This document shows, piece after piece, positions 12,195 to 24,857 of a stretch of 64,000 nt of DNA. Made by a program: the position numbers and the translations under genes. Within the stretch, counting starts at the first letter, position 1. Each line of letters starts with the position of its first letter. Under the pieces are notes generated by a model. The model saw nothing but the letters and a program-made list of their open reading frames with translations. It was not told where the DNA came from and made no database searches. The DNA lies in assembly GCF_037042905.1 (NCBI RefSeq), contig NC_087251.1:10604001-10668000 (forward strand), given 5' to 3'. This stretch comes from Lytechinus pictus (Eukaryota).

Positions 12195-14449
12195 CAGGGG
12201 TGGATCCAGCTTTTGCCAATAGGGGGGGCAGAAAAAAATTCACCCACATTTTCCCTGATCAGCCGCTCAAAGATGATTTTTGTTTGTTTCTTTGAAGGGG
12301 TAGTCCGAACAGTCACTTCTTAGCTTTATTCTTATAAAGCAACATGAATAAATAATAATTTCATAAGCACTATTGAAATAGTGCAAGCGCGAAGCGCAAG
12401 CCCATTTTTGTTTGAAAATTCATGTATTTTGTCCTGAAGATTGAACATTCTGTGCAATGTTTGTGATCCTAAACAAGCTGCATAATAAGATAATTACCGC
12501 GAGCGTGAAGCATGAGCAGACCTTTTAAATATCGGTTCTGGCCTGATTGAAAAGGGGGCCTGATAAAGACTCTTTGCAGTTAGCCATAAGACGTTACATA
12601 GTTCAACGATTAAATAATGCGAGCGCGAAGCGCGAGCTGATCATTTTTTACTTTCCGACCTAAAAAATTGACATTCTAAGCACTTTTTGTCTCGCCTGCA
12701 TAGCAGAGCGAGACTATAGGCGCCGCTTTTCCGACGGCGGCGGCGGCGTCAACATCAAATCTTAACCTAAGGTTAAGTTTTTAAAATTACATCATAAATT
12801 AGAAAGTATATGGACCTAGTTCATGAAACTTGAACATAAGGTTAATCAATTATTACTCAATATCCTGCCTGAGTTTCAGGTCACATGACCAAGGTCAAAG
12901 GTCATTTAGGGTCAAGGAACTTAGACCATGTTAGGAGAATTATTTTCAAAATCTTAACCGAAGGTTAAGTTTTTGAAATGACATCATAACTTAAAAAGAA
13001 TATAGACCTAGTTCATGAAACTTAGGCATAAGGTTAATCAAGTATTAGTGAACATCCTGCTTGAGTTTCAGGTCATGTGACCAAGGTCAAAGGTCATTTA
13101 GGGTCAATGAACTTTGGCCAAGTTGGGGGTATTTGTTGAATTACCATCATAACTTTGAAAATTTACGGATCTAGTTCATGAAACTTGGACATTAGGTTAA
13201 TCAAATTCCACTGAATATCCTGTGCGAGTTTCAGGTCACATGACCATGGTCAATGGTCATTTAAGGTCAAAGAGTTTTGGCCGTGTTGGGGGTATTTGTT
13301 AAATTACCTTCCTAACTCTGAAAGTTTATGGATCTAGTTCATAAAACTTGGACATAAGAGTAATCAAGTATCACTGAGCATCCTGTACGAGTTTCAGGTC
13401 ACATGACCATGGTCAAAGTTCATTAAAGGTCAATGAACTTTGGCCGTGTTAGGGGTATTTGTTGAATTACCATCCTAACTCTGAAAGTTTATGGATCTAG
13501 TTCATAAAACTTGGGATATAAGAGTAATCAAGTATCACTGAACATCCCCTGTGAGTTTCAGGTCACAAAACCAAGGTCAAAGGTCAGTTAAGGTCAATAA
13601 ACTTAGGCCATGTTGGGGTAATTGTTGAATTGCCATCATAAATTTGAAAGTTTATGGATAGAGTGAATGAAATGTGGACATGGGTTGACAAGTCTTAAGT
13701 CACCGTTCAAATGTCATTTATGGTCAATGAACGTGGTATTATGTCATTATATGAATGATGTTTTTGTGAATGATTATTTTATGGTAGTTTTCAAAGTTAG
13801 CGCTGCTGCTATATTAAATCGCGTAATGCAGGCGAGACTGCCAGAGGCGTTCCACTTGTTGTAATTTTGAACAGGATTCAGACCTAAACACGGGACACTA
13901 TTCATGTTTTGTAAATCATGAAAATGTTATTGTCTTATTTATTAATCTAATAAGCCTTATGATATATTTTTAACAATTAATGCGAGCGCAAATCGCAAGC
14001 TGAATTTTTTTCATAAACTACCATGAAAAGTTTGAGCTGTTGCTTCCTTTTTTCTGCCATGTTGAAATCAGGCAGTAGCCCGGGCAGTAGTATGTCTTTG
14101 TCTTACGGCCTAGTTTAGCACATAGTAAACCTAATCCTACCTACTGTGCAGAGCTACTCGGCTGATGATGGCGTGTAGGAAACCCATGTGCAGGAGAATG
14201 TCTTTGATAGGCGCGCAGGTGCTGTAGCGTGGTTTGGGTACATGACAGAATGCAATGCCACTGCGAGTAGGCCTATATGGGGGTCGGGCCGGCAGTTACG
14301 AGGCCGTAAATTAAACATGGGTATAATACCTCTTTCTTACTTTCCTTTCTGTTTTTAAGCGTTTCAAGTTAAAAAGGACACTTTTTGGGGGGTTGCCAAA
14401 AAATAAGGGGGGTCCGGGGCCGGCTCGGACCCCCTTGGATCCACACCTG
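12195..14449. mobile_element. CAGG..GGATCC-ended interspersed element with GCGAGCGCGAAGCGCGAGC motifs, host of a nested HINE
   Basis: caggggtggatcc ... ggatccacacctg termini; repeated gcgagcgcgaagcgcg motif also at ~45975-46100 and ~61260-61570; TSD not clear. Confidence 0.6.
12684..13860 (+). mobile_element. HINE/DINE-1-like element, copy 2 (~6 units), nested
   Basis: tttttgtctcgcctgcatagcagagcgagac ... atgcaggcgagactgccagaggcgttccacttgtt. Confidence 0.82.
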
Positions 14450-14546
14450 GAGAGAGACAAAGAGTTGATATGAGATAGAAGAAACCATGGAGAGAGATGA
14501 TAAGACAAAGAGGGAGAGGAGTAGTAGAAAAAAGGGAATGGATAGG

Positions 14547-16352
14547 CAGAGCTGCCAACCATTACGTTTTTGCCGTAATCATTACGTTTTTTCATTCAAA
14601 TTACGGCATTATGGTTTTTCTTTTCAAATTACGTTTTTTGACAATTTTGATAATGTGTGTACATAATTGTATGTATGTGTAGTGCGTGTTGAGCCCGAGA
14701 TGAGCCTGGTACTTGCGCGTGCGTAGTCGCCCGCCGGCCGGTTTTCCAACGCACTTTAATAATGTGATAGCGCGCGCGTACATACGTTTATAGTTGAACA
14801 TGCGAGCGGCATGCATGGCACGAATCGCGATGTATAGCGACTGGTAAATACGTCTGTAAGGATGATGACGTCATCCAAGATGGCAACTTACGATGACCAA
14901 CGAAAGGATCGAGGATGATTATGTTTTGATCATCATTTGAAAGGAAATAGCAGTAACTGCGGTCTAAGGTACGATATTTCTGAATTTTATATATCTTATC
15001 TTAAATTTGCATGTAATTTCTTTCCTATAAAGTGATGTTTTATAAAAAAAAAAAACGATCCGAAAATCGGATTTCTGCCGAATGATAGATCTAACGCAAC
15101 TGCTAATACGTTGTCTTTACGTACGGGCCAACACTCTGTCTGGTTAATATTCATCAACTCGTATCAAACAAATACGATAAATTCGGCTTGAAAAGACCTG
15201 GAAAGCTCTTCATTGTCCCCTGAAGTACTAATTCTGGGTGATATTCAACATTTATTGATAGTTTCACATGATTTATACTAGAGAGATGTCCTACTGCTTT
15301 TGGAATTCTTTAAAAAAGTCGGCACTGTAGCATTCAGTTTAGCAGGAATGGGAAGATTTCTTCCCCGGTTCTGGCGGCCTAGATGTCTGCTCTATAGTGC
15401 TGTCACTGCTGGGGATGATTGAGTGTGCGTGCAGTGTGATTGAGGCTGAGCTGTGTACATCGTGAAGTGATCTACGATGGGACTTTTGTGGAATGATTTA
15501 AACTTCTAGATCTATTTGAATTTTAGATTAGATTGATTTATGAATAATTTTTTTATATTTGTGGAATGTTACATATGTACTTCCATTTTATGACACTTTA
15601 ATTTTAAAGGGTACTGTTTGGCAAACACAATGTTACTTGGGAAGAGAAGTCTGAATTTATGTGAACTTTTTTTTATTTCTCTTAGTCTACAATTTGGTAG
15701 TTTGTCAGGAAACTCAACACAAAACAATGTATTATTTTAAAAGTGGAAAGGTAGCCCGAGAAAAACGGAGCCCTAAAAATGTTCACCAGAACTGATTTTG
15801 GTGCCCCTGAAAGAATTTTTCTCGACAGATCTTTACTCTGATAAGCATCATAAGGCATGTAAGGAAGTGCCAGAGTAGGTTGCACTACAAAATTAAAGTC
15901 CTACTTGTCTTTTTGAAAAAATTGCCTTGGTGCCCTTTTGACTAGAATAAAAGTGGCCTTCATGCCCTTAAGCATGGCGTTGATGCCCCTTGAAATTTTG
16001 GGGCATCCAAGGCCACTTTGCCGGTTGCCCCAAGCTGAAAGTGCCCTTTTAAAAATGGCCTTTCCCCTCTCAATTCTTAATTCGAGCCCTGCTACTGACT
16101 TAATTTAAGTTGGTAGATTTTGTCAAAACAGGCCCAAGACTAAGGGTCCAATTTGTAACACTAGGTTACTTAGCCCAGACTAGGCCTAGAGATTTTTTTT
16201 TTTATTGTTCACTGCATACATACTTTTTGCATTGGATATTTGTCGCGTGTGGTTTTAAGGTTCGTTTTTACATATTCCTTTTTTTTTGTTGGAAATTCCT
16301 TTTTTTGGCCAGAACGATTCCTTTTTTTGCTTGCACAAGGTTGGCAGCTCTG
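14547..16352. mobile_element. Non-autonomous DNA transposon, 14-bp perfect TIR, 6-bp TSD (hAT-like)
   Basis: gatagg|cagagctgccaacc ... ggttggcagctctg|gatagg. Confidence 0.8.
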
Positions 16353-18629
16353 GATAGGGGGAGAAACACGGTTAGAGGGATGGGAAGAGGGGAAGGGGAG
16401 GAGAGGAAAGGGGAGAAGGATAAAGAAAGGGAGAAATAGTGTGAAGGAATATAGAGCATAACAGACAAAAAGTATTACTGTGATTAAAAGCCTGTTTAAA
16501 CTTTAGTGAAAGAGACAATAATGTGAATTGTGCTCGAGTATCATATTTTTGTAGAGGCCAATCTTTTTCAACTGTATTATTTTTTGTATACATGTAATGT
16601 CTTTATCATTATTAGCATTAACCTAAAAAAAATTAATTATTTGGTATCAAGAAAGCTCCATTTACATAAAGAGATTGTATCCTCAAATTATCAGTCCACT
16701 CCATTCCATGATTGAGAAGAGGTTTTATATTTATTAAAAAAATGACTTGGCACCCGATCAAACAAAAGTTGTTAATGTGGAATTTCTAGAATTAATCGAT
16801 TAGAACTTATTTTTGTTCACACCTTTTATATTGTTTTAGAGCATACACATTCATATGATTTAGTAATGAATTAGAGTAGTGATATGTACTTTTTGGTCAT
16901 TTACCAGAAGTAGATATTTAAGCTTGAAGATTAATTAATTAGTACATGTATATTTGAAACATTTAAGAATACACATTGCATTGAAGTAGGACACACATGT
17001 GTACACATGTGTTTAGGTATGATTGAATATGATTGCTTCACATTTCAGCATATATCTTGTTAACTGTATGAGTGAGAGATATGGGCATGCGTGTACGTGC
17101 ATATGTACATGTGATGTGTATTGATATGGTGGATCATAAATTATTCATGGTGGACATATGATATAGAAATCAGACTATTAGTTGATATTGATAGTGTTCA
17201 CAGTGTTGATTACTTTGGCCATGAGTGAGGAATCCATGGAAACCATTAACAATTATATTTGCATTTGACAAACTGTATTTTTCATCATTGTTAACGGCTG
17301 CTTAGTGGTCTGACATAAATTTCTGGCAAATACATTTTTAATTTATAGATCATTAGGGTTTTTTTCTCATCACCCACTTTTGATTTCTAAAGTATTAGCA
17401 AGATAAAATGAAATTGATGGAGTTGTTTCTTATTTGAGAAATTGAAATAATGATGTAAGGATTTAAGTCACCCAACCCCCCTCCCCCATAAAAAATAGAA
17501 TATAAAAAAAATAAAGAAGAGAATTTAGGAAAATCAGAAAACTAAAGAAATTGATTAAACAATCAATATCAACACAACTTAACAAGAAATGCATTATGTA
17601 CATCTATATTGCACTGAGCAAGTTTTATACTCTTGTTTATGCATTTAAAAAATAATAATTCTATGCATGTCATAATACTGAATGTAAAAAAATGGCTGGA
17701 AGTGAGAGTCATCCTTACATGTAGCTTCAACTTGACCATTTTGTTTTCAGATTGACGGGTCATTGATTCAACCATGATGATGCCATATGCACACACATAA
17801 TGACCTTGATAACATTGAAAAATACACAATCTCTACATGCTATGTGCTTTGTATCTCTGGAATATTAGGTGGAAACTTGGAAACAAAGGGATTATAAACA
17901 ATCAACAATCAATCACAATATTGTCTCTTATCTTAAAATATCCAGTCATTTTCCCAAATAAAACACATCGAGCTAAAATACCCAAAGGTAAACTCGAACT
18001 GCACATCGACTTTCCAGGATTTAAGTGATATATCATCTTTTGCGCATATAGTTTGTGCAATATTAATGTCTGATCATGAACTGCTTCTTTCAACTCATGG
18101 CCTAACTGACCGCAGAAGAGAGGATCAAAGGAGACAAATATGAAGAGAATGTTATTCAGAGCATAATGACGGACACATGTTATTGAATTTATTAACTAAT
18201 CGATGAGCGTCCATCTTTAATAGGTCCATTCTAAATCTGAGGACAGAGAAGATGCATAGTACATGCGTTATTGATAAAGAAAATGGTAACTTCAAATACA
18301 CATTAAATATATATAAAATAAAAGGTTTTGGATTAATTTGTGAGATAGTAATTGGCTTGTAACTTTTTTGATAAATTGAATAAGTAATAATGGCATATTT
18401 CTGATAATTGAATATGAAAAAGATTTTAGAATTAAGGCTTGATAACATATTTTCTCTTTTGGCCGTGATACATATATGTATAGAGTTTCAAAAAATGGTT
18501 AAACTCAATTGATTTTTTATTAAGGTTGTGGACATGATGGAAAAGATGACCACTTAAGTGGGAAGATAAAAGCTTTATCAAAATTCAAAATGAATAAAGC
18601 TGTTCATTTGTAATTTTGGATGGAGAGTG

Positions 18630-19010
18630 AAACAAAAAGAAATAAGGTAGCGATAAGTTCAAGCCCCCATTGATCTGTACCGCCTTCTTGGTTGCATTCT
18701 GTAGCACAAGAAGAAGGAAAATCATTCTATTTTCAAGGATTTGATACTCTAATTCAGAATCGCATTTACGCATTTACATCAGATTTACCACTTCACCAGT
18801 TATCTTTCCTGATGATTGGCTATTCTCTCTAATTTCTTAAGATCCTCTTGTCTGCATCCACCAAACCAATCTTCATGAATGAAAAGTACTCAATGACTTG
18901 GAGAAAATCCTCTCTTCTTTCAATTTAAAACAAATTTATTTTCTGAGGAAAATGCATTCATTGTTGGGCCTTTGCATTGAGAGACTGACATTATTCTGTC
19001 CACAATAACT
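18630..19010 (-). mobile_element. Decayed LINE 3' fragment (L2/Rex-Babar-like RT C-terminus)
   Basis: Minus-strand remnants NAKAQQ*MHF(LRK), WFGGCRQEDLKKLERI and RRYRSM...YRYLISF resemble KAQQRLHFLRKL / WYGNC..DRKALQRV / RRYRS..T.R...SF; stops and frameshifts present. Confidence 0.6.
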
Positions 19011-19071
19011 CATTGTTGATTATTGTTTTTATTGTTGTAATTGTTATTATTATCATTATTTGTATTCTCAG

Positions 19072-19182
19072 GTTCTATTCTTTCTCCTCTATCAATGGCA
19101 TCATTACAACATCCTGGTGGAGTTGATCTGGATGATAATGGGGCTTTGGTAGGAGAGGACTTTGCTATGGTTATTGGCAAAG
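19072..19182 (+). CDS. TOGARAM1: TOGARAM1-like coding exon (GSILSPLSMASLQHPGG...MVIGK)
   Basis: ttctcag acceptor phase 1, aaag|gtaaga donor phase 1. Confidence 0.8.
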
Positions 19183-19395
19183 GTAAGAATTTCACAATAA
19201 AGATACTTACTCTCATAATTGTAAAATTGATTTTATTTACTGATAATTCTTTTATTCACTTTCACATTTAAAGATTCTATTTCCATTTACTTATTATTAC
19301 AAAAATATGTAATGCATTACAGCATATATCTGTTAGTGCTAGCCTTAAAGACAGGGTTACTGACTGACAGATTGTAGAATTACTTTTATGTTGAA

Positions 19396-19610
19396 TAATA
19401 ATAGCTGGATTTAAAAAGCGCTGCTATTATTACCCGGCTTTAGCTGTGCTGCCATATTGGCGCTGAAGCATTCAAGGAATTTCTTCCTACCGGGTACCCA
19501 GCCACCTCACCTGGGTTCAGTACAGCACAATGTGGGTAAATTTCTTGCTGAAGGTTTACATGCCATGGCTGGGAATGAGAGGCATAACCACTAGACTACA
19601 ATGCCCCCAC
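19396..19610 (-). mobile_element. SINE fragment
   Basis: ataata tail plus cattcaaggaa...gggtacc...cacctcacctgggt core; opposite-orientation homolog at ~36065-36165. Confidence 0.6.
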
Positions 19611-21576
19611 AAATATATTCATTAAAATTATCTTTTTAATTTGTATTCTGACCTTTTTAATACCATGCCCTTTTTAGCTTTCAAAGCTGTGAATTTGATT
19701 ACAATGCAATAGATCATGGTTCTGTCATTTTTAGTGCACTAGGATTTCAAGAGAAGTTTAATTGAAAATATGATATGAAGCGACTAACTCGTACGCATAC
19801 ATGTAAGCTTCTGCGAATATGATAAGTACTCCATTTTGCTATTGTCCCATCATTATGGTCAAATTATTTTGAATGTAGGTTTGTCATTGCCATCCAGTGA
19901 TTAGTTTTTACACCCACCATGTGTAAGGTCAGAATCTCCATCACTACTGCATGTTTGTGATGTTCATGTAATTAATTCGCTTATTCTAGTTTTTAACTTA
20001 AATAACAGACATTATATACTTCTAGTAATCATAAAATTGTAATAAATATTCTTCTACGGAGGTGAATTTGGCCAATGCCATTATTGTACACATAGCAGTT
20101 TTTTGACAAAACTCAGTTCAGGATTGCTATAAGATATTTTTACACATTAATAGTAATCTGCCAAATGTAATATTTCCAACTTTTGAAATCTGTGATGGTT
20201 TTGTGAATAAATGAATAACTTTATCCAATTTAAAATGCTGTAGTTAATGTAATGGTGCCATTAATTGTAGGGTTTTGAATCTAAATTTGTAACTAAAAAT
20301 AATTTGGATTACAATGTTAAATTATGATACATTATTTTGCTTTCCCATCACATGCCAAATACTTACCCATACTATTTTTATTCAAATGAAATTGGTACAT
20401 ATGATTACCCTAAGAAAATATTTATTTATATTACAAATATTTTTTTATTAAATTATTAATACTTATGACCATTATAGTTGCTTCCTTTCCTTTTCCTTTC
20501 TTTTGAAACTTTAATATCCTGAAAAGAAGAAAAATGGCACATTCTCACATGCCAACATTCTTTCTCTCCCTTTATCAGAGAAGCCTCTCTGTCACTACTT
20601 TGCTACTCTGATGTCAACTATGATGATAATTGAGACAAATGGCTATTAACATCTATTTAAGCAATCTAGCACATTAGTTAATGGACTATATGTGTCCTTA
20701 ATGTGATAGATGAGAGCTATCAGTGCAGTCAATTTCAACTCATTAGCATTGATTTTGTGCACACATTTGAATGGGGATGAGATGCACTTTCCAAGAATGC
20801 AAAGTACGCATGAGATCATTCCTATTGCGTATTGTATCATTCTTATTACGTCACATGCAAGACACCCACTGGTACTTTATGATTGTCTGCCAACAAAGTT
20901 TTGCCGACTCGATAAGCTGAAATGATTGTTAAATGGGTTGTCAATTTATCTAACTTCCGTCAAAAGGCTTCTGTTACATGTACTCTAGTTTTCTCAAAAT
21001 CAAATTAGTGCTAGCGTATTTCATTCATAATGCAAGTACATCTGCTAAAGTGGTATAAGAGAGAGTGATATTGTGTAAAATAATAATCTACCATAGAAAG
21101 TATCTAAGCCAGGTTTGCATGAATCTTGGACCCTCTTCTCTGTGAAATTAGTTTATTTATTTGTTATCATTCCATGGACCTTAGATGTAGCTGATAATGA
21201 GATTCGCTGTAATTATTCTTGTATGAGTGGGCAGTTTTAATGAGATTACTCTGTGATTACCTCAAAAGATCTTCACTTGAGTGGACAATAGAAACATATT
21301 GATTGTCCAGAGAGCTGAGTCAATGAAATTTCTCATTTCTACCTTGCACTATCCAGCACTGTACAATGCTTGATGTTAAGAGGTAGAGAGTCAGTTTTGG
21401 CTCCTATATTCCATTAAGAAAAATTCGAATTAACAAATTCATTTTGCATGGGAATAGGACAAGTTATCTTTCTAATGCCGTTTTTATTTGACTTTCTCCT
21501 TTTAATCTAGCATTTTCTTTTACTGTAAGTGAATAAAAGTGATCTCAAATGTGCTTAAATGCTTTGTGTTTTCCAG

Positions 21577-21728
21577 GTATTTTGGGTAACGATGCTAATA
21601 TAGTAGAGTACCCACGAACTAATGGTGGAGAGAAAACAATGAGGAGAAAAGAAAGTCATGAAGATGGTGCTTTACCTGAGGTTATTGGTCTCCCAGTACG
21701 ACATGATGAGGACAGTCCGGAAGAAAAT
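21577..21728 (+). CDS. TOGARAM1: TOGARAM1-like coding exon (GILGNDANIV...EDSPEEN)
   Basis: ttttccag acceptor phase 1, aat|gtgagt donor phase 0. Confidence 0.83.
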
Positions 21729-23090
21729 GTGAGTCTTCTCATCATTCCTGCATATTTTCTCTGATAATGATATTAAATTGATAAAATAGACCTTGTTTAC
21801 AGTACATGAAGGGTGGGCATTTTCTTACTGTAAACATAAGCATGCATGCCATCTATGTAAAAATGGACAGTGTAGATTTGAAACTTAAAATTTGTGGTTT
21901 ACTCTTAAGCACCTTTATCTTTGGCATTATCAAAATATAACACCAAATGCATGTGTTGAAATGCCCTGATAATAGAAAGTATCATGCTGCAAAGTAAGTC
22001 TTTGAAAAGATGATATTTTAGTAATTTTTATGTATTGGAGGAAAATTATAATTATCCCTACTCATATTCACAATGACATCACCTTTTTGGCCAATTTGAA
22101 ACCCTATGATTATACAGATTAAAATTTCACAACTTTTAAACATGCATGATTTTCTTCTTGTCCAATTTTTGTTCAAACTCTCACTGAATTGCTTCTCTAA
22201 TTTTGTACATGTAAAACAACTTATGATTTTTGGTTGGATGTCCCTTAAAGATCCAAGCTAAAAGTGAATAAGAACAACATTATACAATGAACACTCTGTC
22301 CATCTGATCTGAAGAAAGGAAATAAAATTATCATACGATTGAAAACATAGCTGAGAATTTAAAGTATATTTTAGTTGTTGACTCGTTCCTTAGAATTGTA
22401 TTTTAGTTTGCTGTCCACCTTTCTCTTGAGGCAGAAATGCATTAAAAGGAAATTATCCTTCCATGAAGTCATGCACTGTTGATAGTCTCCCGAAGGTCCA
22501 TGTACTGTATCCTTAGTCTGGATCCAGACTTTTGATAAAATGATGGAAAATATTTTATGAATTTCCTTTTTTTACAATCAGAAAATCTAATTCTTTTGAC
22601 GCATACTGTATCACTTTCTTATTCAGCAACATATTTGTGGTGTGACTGGTGTAGATAGCTGCAAAAAAATTTGCTTAGATTATATGAGTCAAATAATGGA
22701 TGAGTCCTAGTTACAGGTTGATTGAATTCATGCTGGAAGTGGTATGTTGCTTTCAATATAAAGATATTGTTCCTGATTCAATTATACTGAAAATAGATTA
22801 ATGTTAATACCGGTCATCAGCTGATTTTTCTTGTTCATTTGTTTTCATAATGAAGTTAACAAATATACTCATTATTTGCCCAGACAAATCCTTGATTCCT
22901 AATCTAGTGCTAATATAGAATTGATCAGGCACTGTAAAAAAAATTTGGAGGAGAGATTGTTTACCAAGAGTCATGCAATTATTATCAGAACCTGATCAAT
23001 ATGTTCATTTTGAGCTAGGATGTGCTTCAGGACTGAACAGCATGCTATTGTTATATAATATTATATAACATATCTCGTTATTCCCAGCAG

Positions 23091-23351
23091 GACCTGTCTA
23101 TCTCCCTCTCCAAAGCAACAATGGATAGAATGGCGAGAAAGCAGATTGAGAAGAAGGAAGAGATTGAGCTGCGCAAGGCTGAACGTAAGGCAGAGAAGGA
23201 ACGTGCTGATGAGGAGAGACGGGTTCGGGAAGCAGAGAGACAACACCTACAGAAGGAAATAGCGTCCCAAAGGAAAGAGATGCAGGAACGTGAAAGGGAA
23301 CAGCAGCGATTGGATTATGAAAAACACCAGAGAGAGAAGGAACGATTTAAG
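23091..23351 (+). CDS. TOGARAM1: TOGARAM1-like coding exon, E/R/K-rich helix part 1 (alternative acceptor at 23088)
   Basis: ttcccagcag NAGNAG acceptor phase 0, DLSISLSKATMDRMARKQ...ERFK, aag|gtattt donor. Confidence 0.85.
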
Positions 23352-23994
23352 GTATTTGAGATTTGGAGGATAATTGTTTTTAGACTAATTCTTTTTTAGG
23401 TAACGTGCAAAACTAGAATTGACAGTGGTTATTTGCTAATTGCTCACATGTATATTTTATCTGTTGGTTATGGAAGGAAGAATAGAAAAAGTTCAATAGG
23501 TTTGGAGATGCAATATTTAATTTCATTTTACAGTACAATGTTTAAATGTGTAGAATAAATGATGTACTATATTCTTTAAAACATTTATCTTATGATACAA
23601 TTAAAACTATAAAAACTACATTCATATGTCTTTGCATATTTCTAGGATCGAGAAAGAGATATTCAGAAAGAAGGAGATAAAGGAAGGGATCAAAGTTAAA
23701 GAAGTTAGATAGTAAACGGAAGAAAATGTTGATCCTCCCTGTTTTTAAATCATAACTACACAATAGTGATATCATGCAGGAAATGTCATATTATGTCTAC
23801 TCTAATGAGAACAGAGCTCTTTATGTTAGTTGAACATCAAAGACAATGATGTATCTGTATATGTGTGAATTAGAGCTCCAGTATGACAGCTATCAATATT
23901 AAATAGTATCTACAAAATGTCATTAAGGATAAAATGCTCATCTAATCATATTGACAAGCTTTTGGACTAACCATGTGCAATATCTTGTTTGTAG

Positions 23995-24235
23995 GAGGAG
24001 AGAGAGCGCCAGAGAGAGGAGAGAATGAGAGAGAGAGAGGAGCAGAAGAGAGAACGAGAAGAGAGGTTACGGGAAGACAGAGAACGTCAAAGGGCTGAAC
24101 GAGAAGAAAGGGAACGACAGAAGGCAGAAAGAGAGAGGATAAGGGAGGAGCAGCAAGTCAAGGCTAGAGAGAGACAGAGGGAGAAACTTAAGCAGCTTGA
24201 GTTAGAGGGAACCATGGATCATGATGATGGAGGTG
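23995..24235 (+). CDS. TOGARAM1: TOGARAM1-like coding exon, E/R/K-rich helix part 2
   Basis: tttgtag acceptor phase 0, EERERQREERMRERE...DDGG, g|gtgagt donor phase 1. Confidence 0.85.
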
Positions 24236-24437
24236 GTGAGTTCATATCTTCATAAGATAGCTTAGTCATTGATCCCTGTTACTTTGGCTTAACACTTTAT
24301 AGGACTGGGGGTTGGATATGATGTTCCATTCAACATCTCATGCCATTATTCTGAAATGCACAGTGTTGCTTATTTTAATGACTTAAATGTTGATACAAAA
24401 TTTGAAATACATGGGTAGATCATTTGGACACTATATG

Positions 24438-24857
24438 CAGGGTGCTATATAACTTTTTAGAAGCACTTGCCCAATCAGGCATGTAACTTTTTAAATCATT
24501 GGAATATACTTGCCCCAAAATCTATTTCACTTGCCTGAAAAAATCCATGAAAAAAAGTTTTACCTGTTCAAACTAAAGTTTTGCGGTTATTTAAACCATT
24601 TACCTTTTTCTCTCTTTTGACATGAACTGATCTACCTTGTTATTGCATTTCTTTTTCCAATGTGATTTTATATTGCCTGCCATGACCAAAATAAGGGTCA
24701 ATATCATATCATATCGACCCTAATTTTGGTCATTCTACTGTGAGAATTTTGCTTGCCCAATTTGGGCAAGTAGTTTTGGTCTTTACTTCATAACACTTGC
24801 CCGAGTCTAAGTTTTACTTGCCCTGGGCAATCGGGCAAGCGCTTATGTAGCACCCTG
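24438..24857. mobile_element. MITE with CAGGG termini and 7-bp TSD
   Basis: ctatatg|cagggtgctatataa ... ttatgtagcaccctg|ctatatg; internal cttgccc/gggcaag repeats. Confidence 0.85.

Noticed and set aside
16110..16468. Overlapping ORFs of 66-109 aa
   Set aside because: They arise from a transposon end plus GA-rich low-complexity sequence
17560..18450. Possible older LINE reverse-transcriptase remnant (LYAQK..YHLNPGKS)
   Set aside because: Too degenerate to support without a profile search
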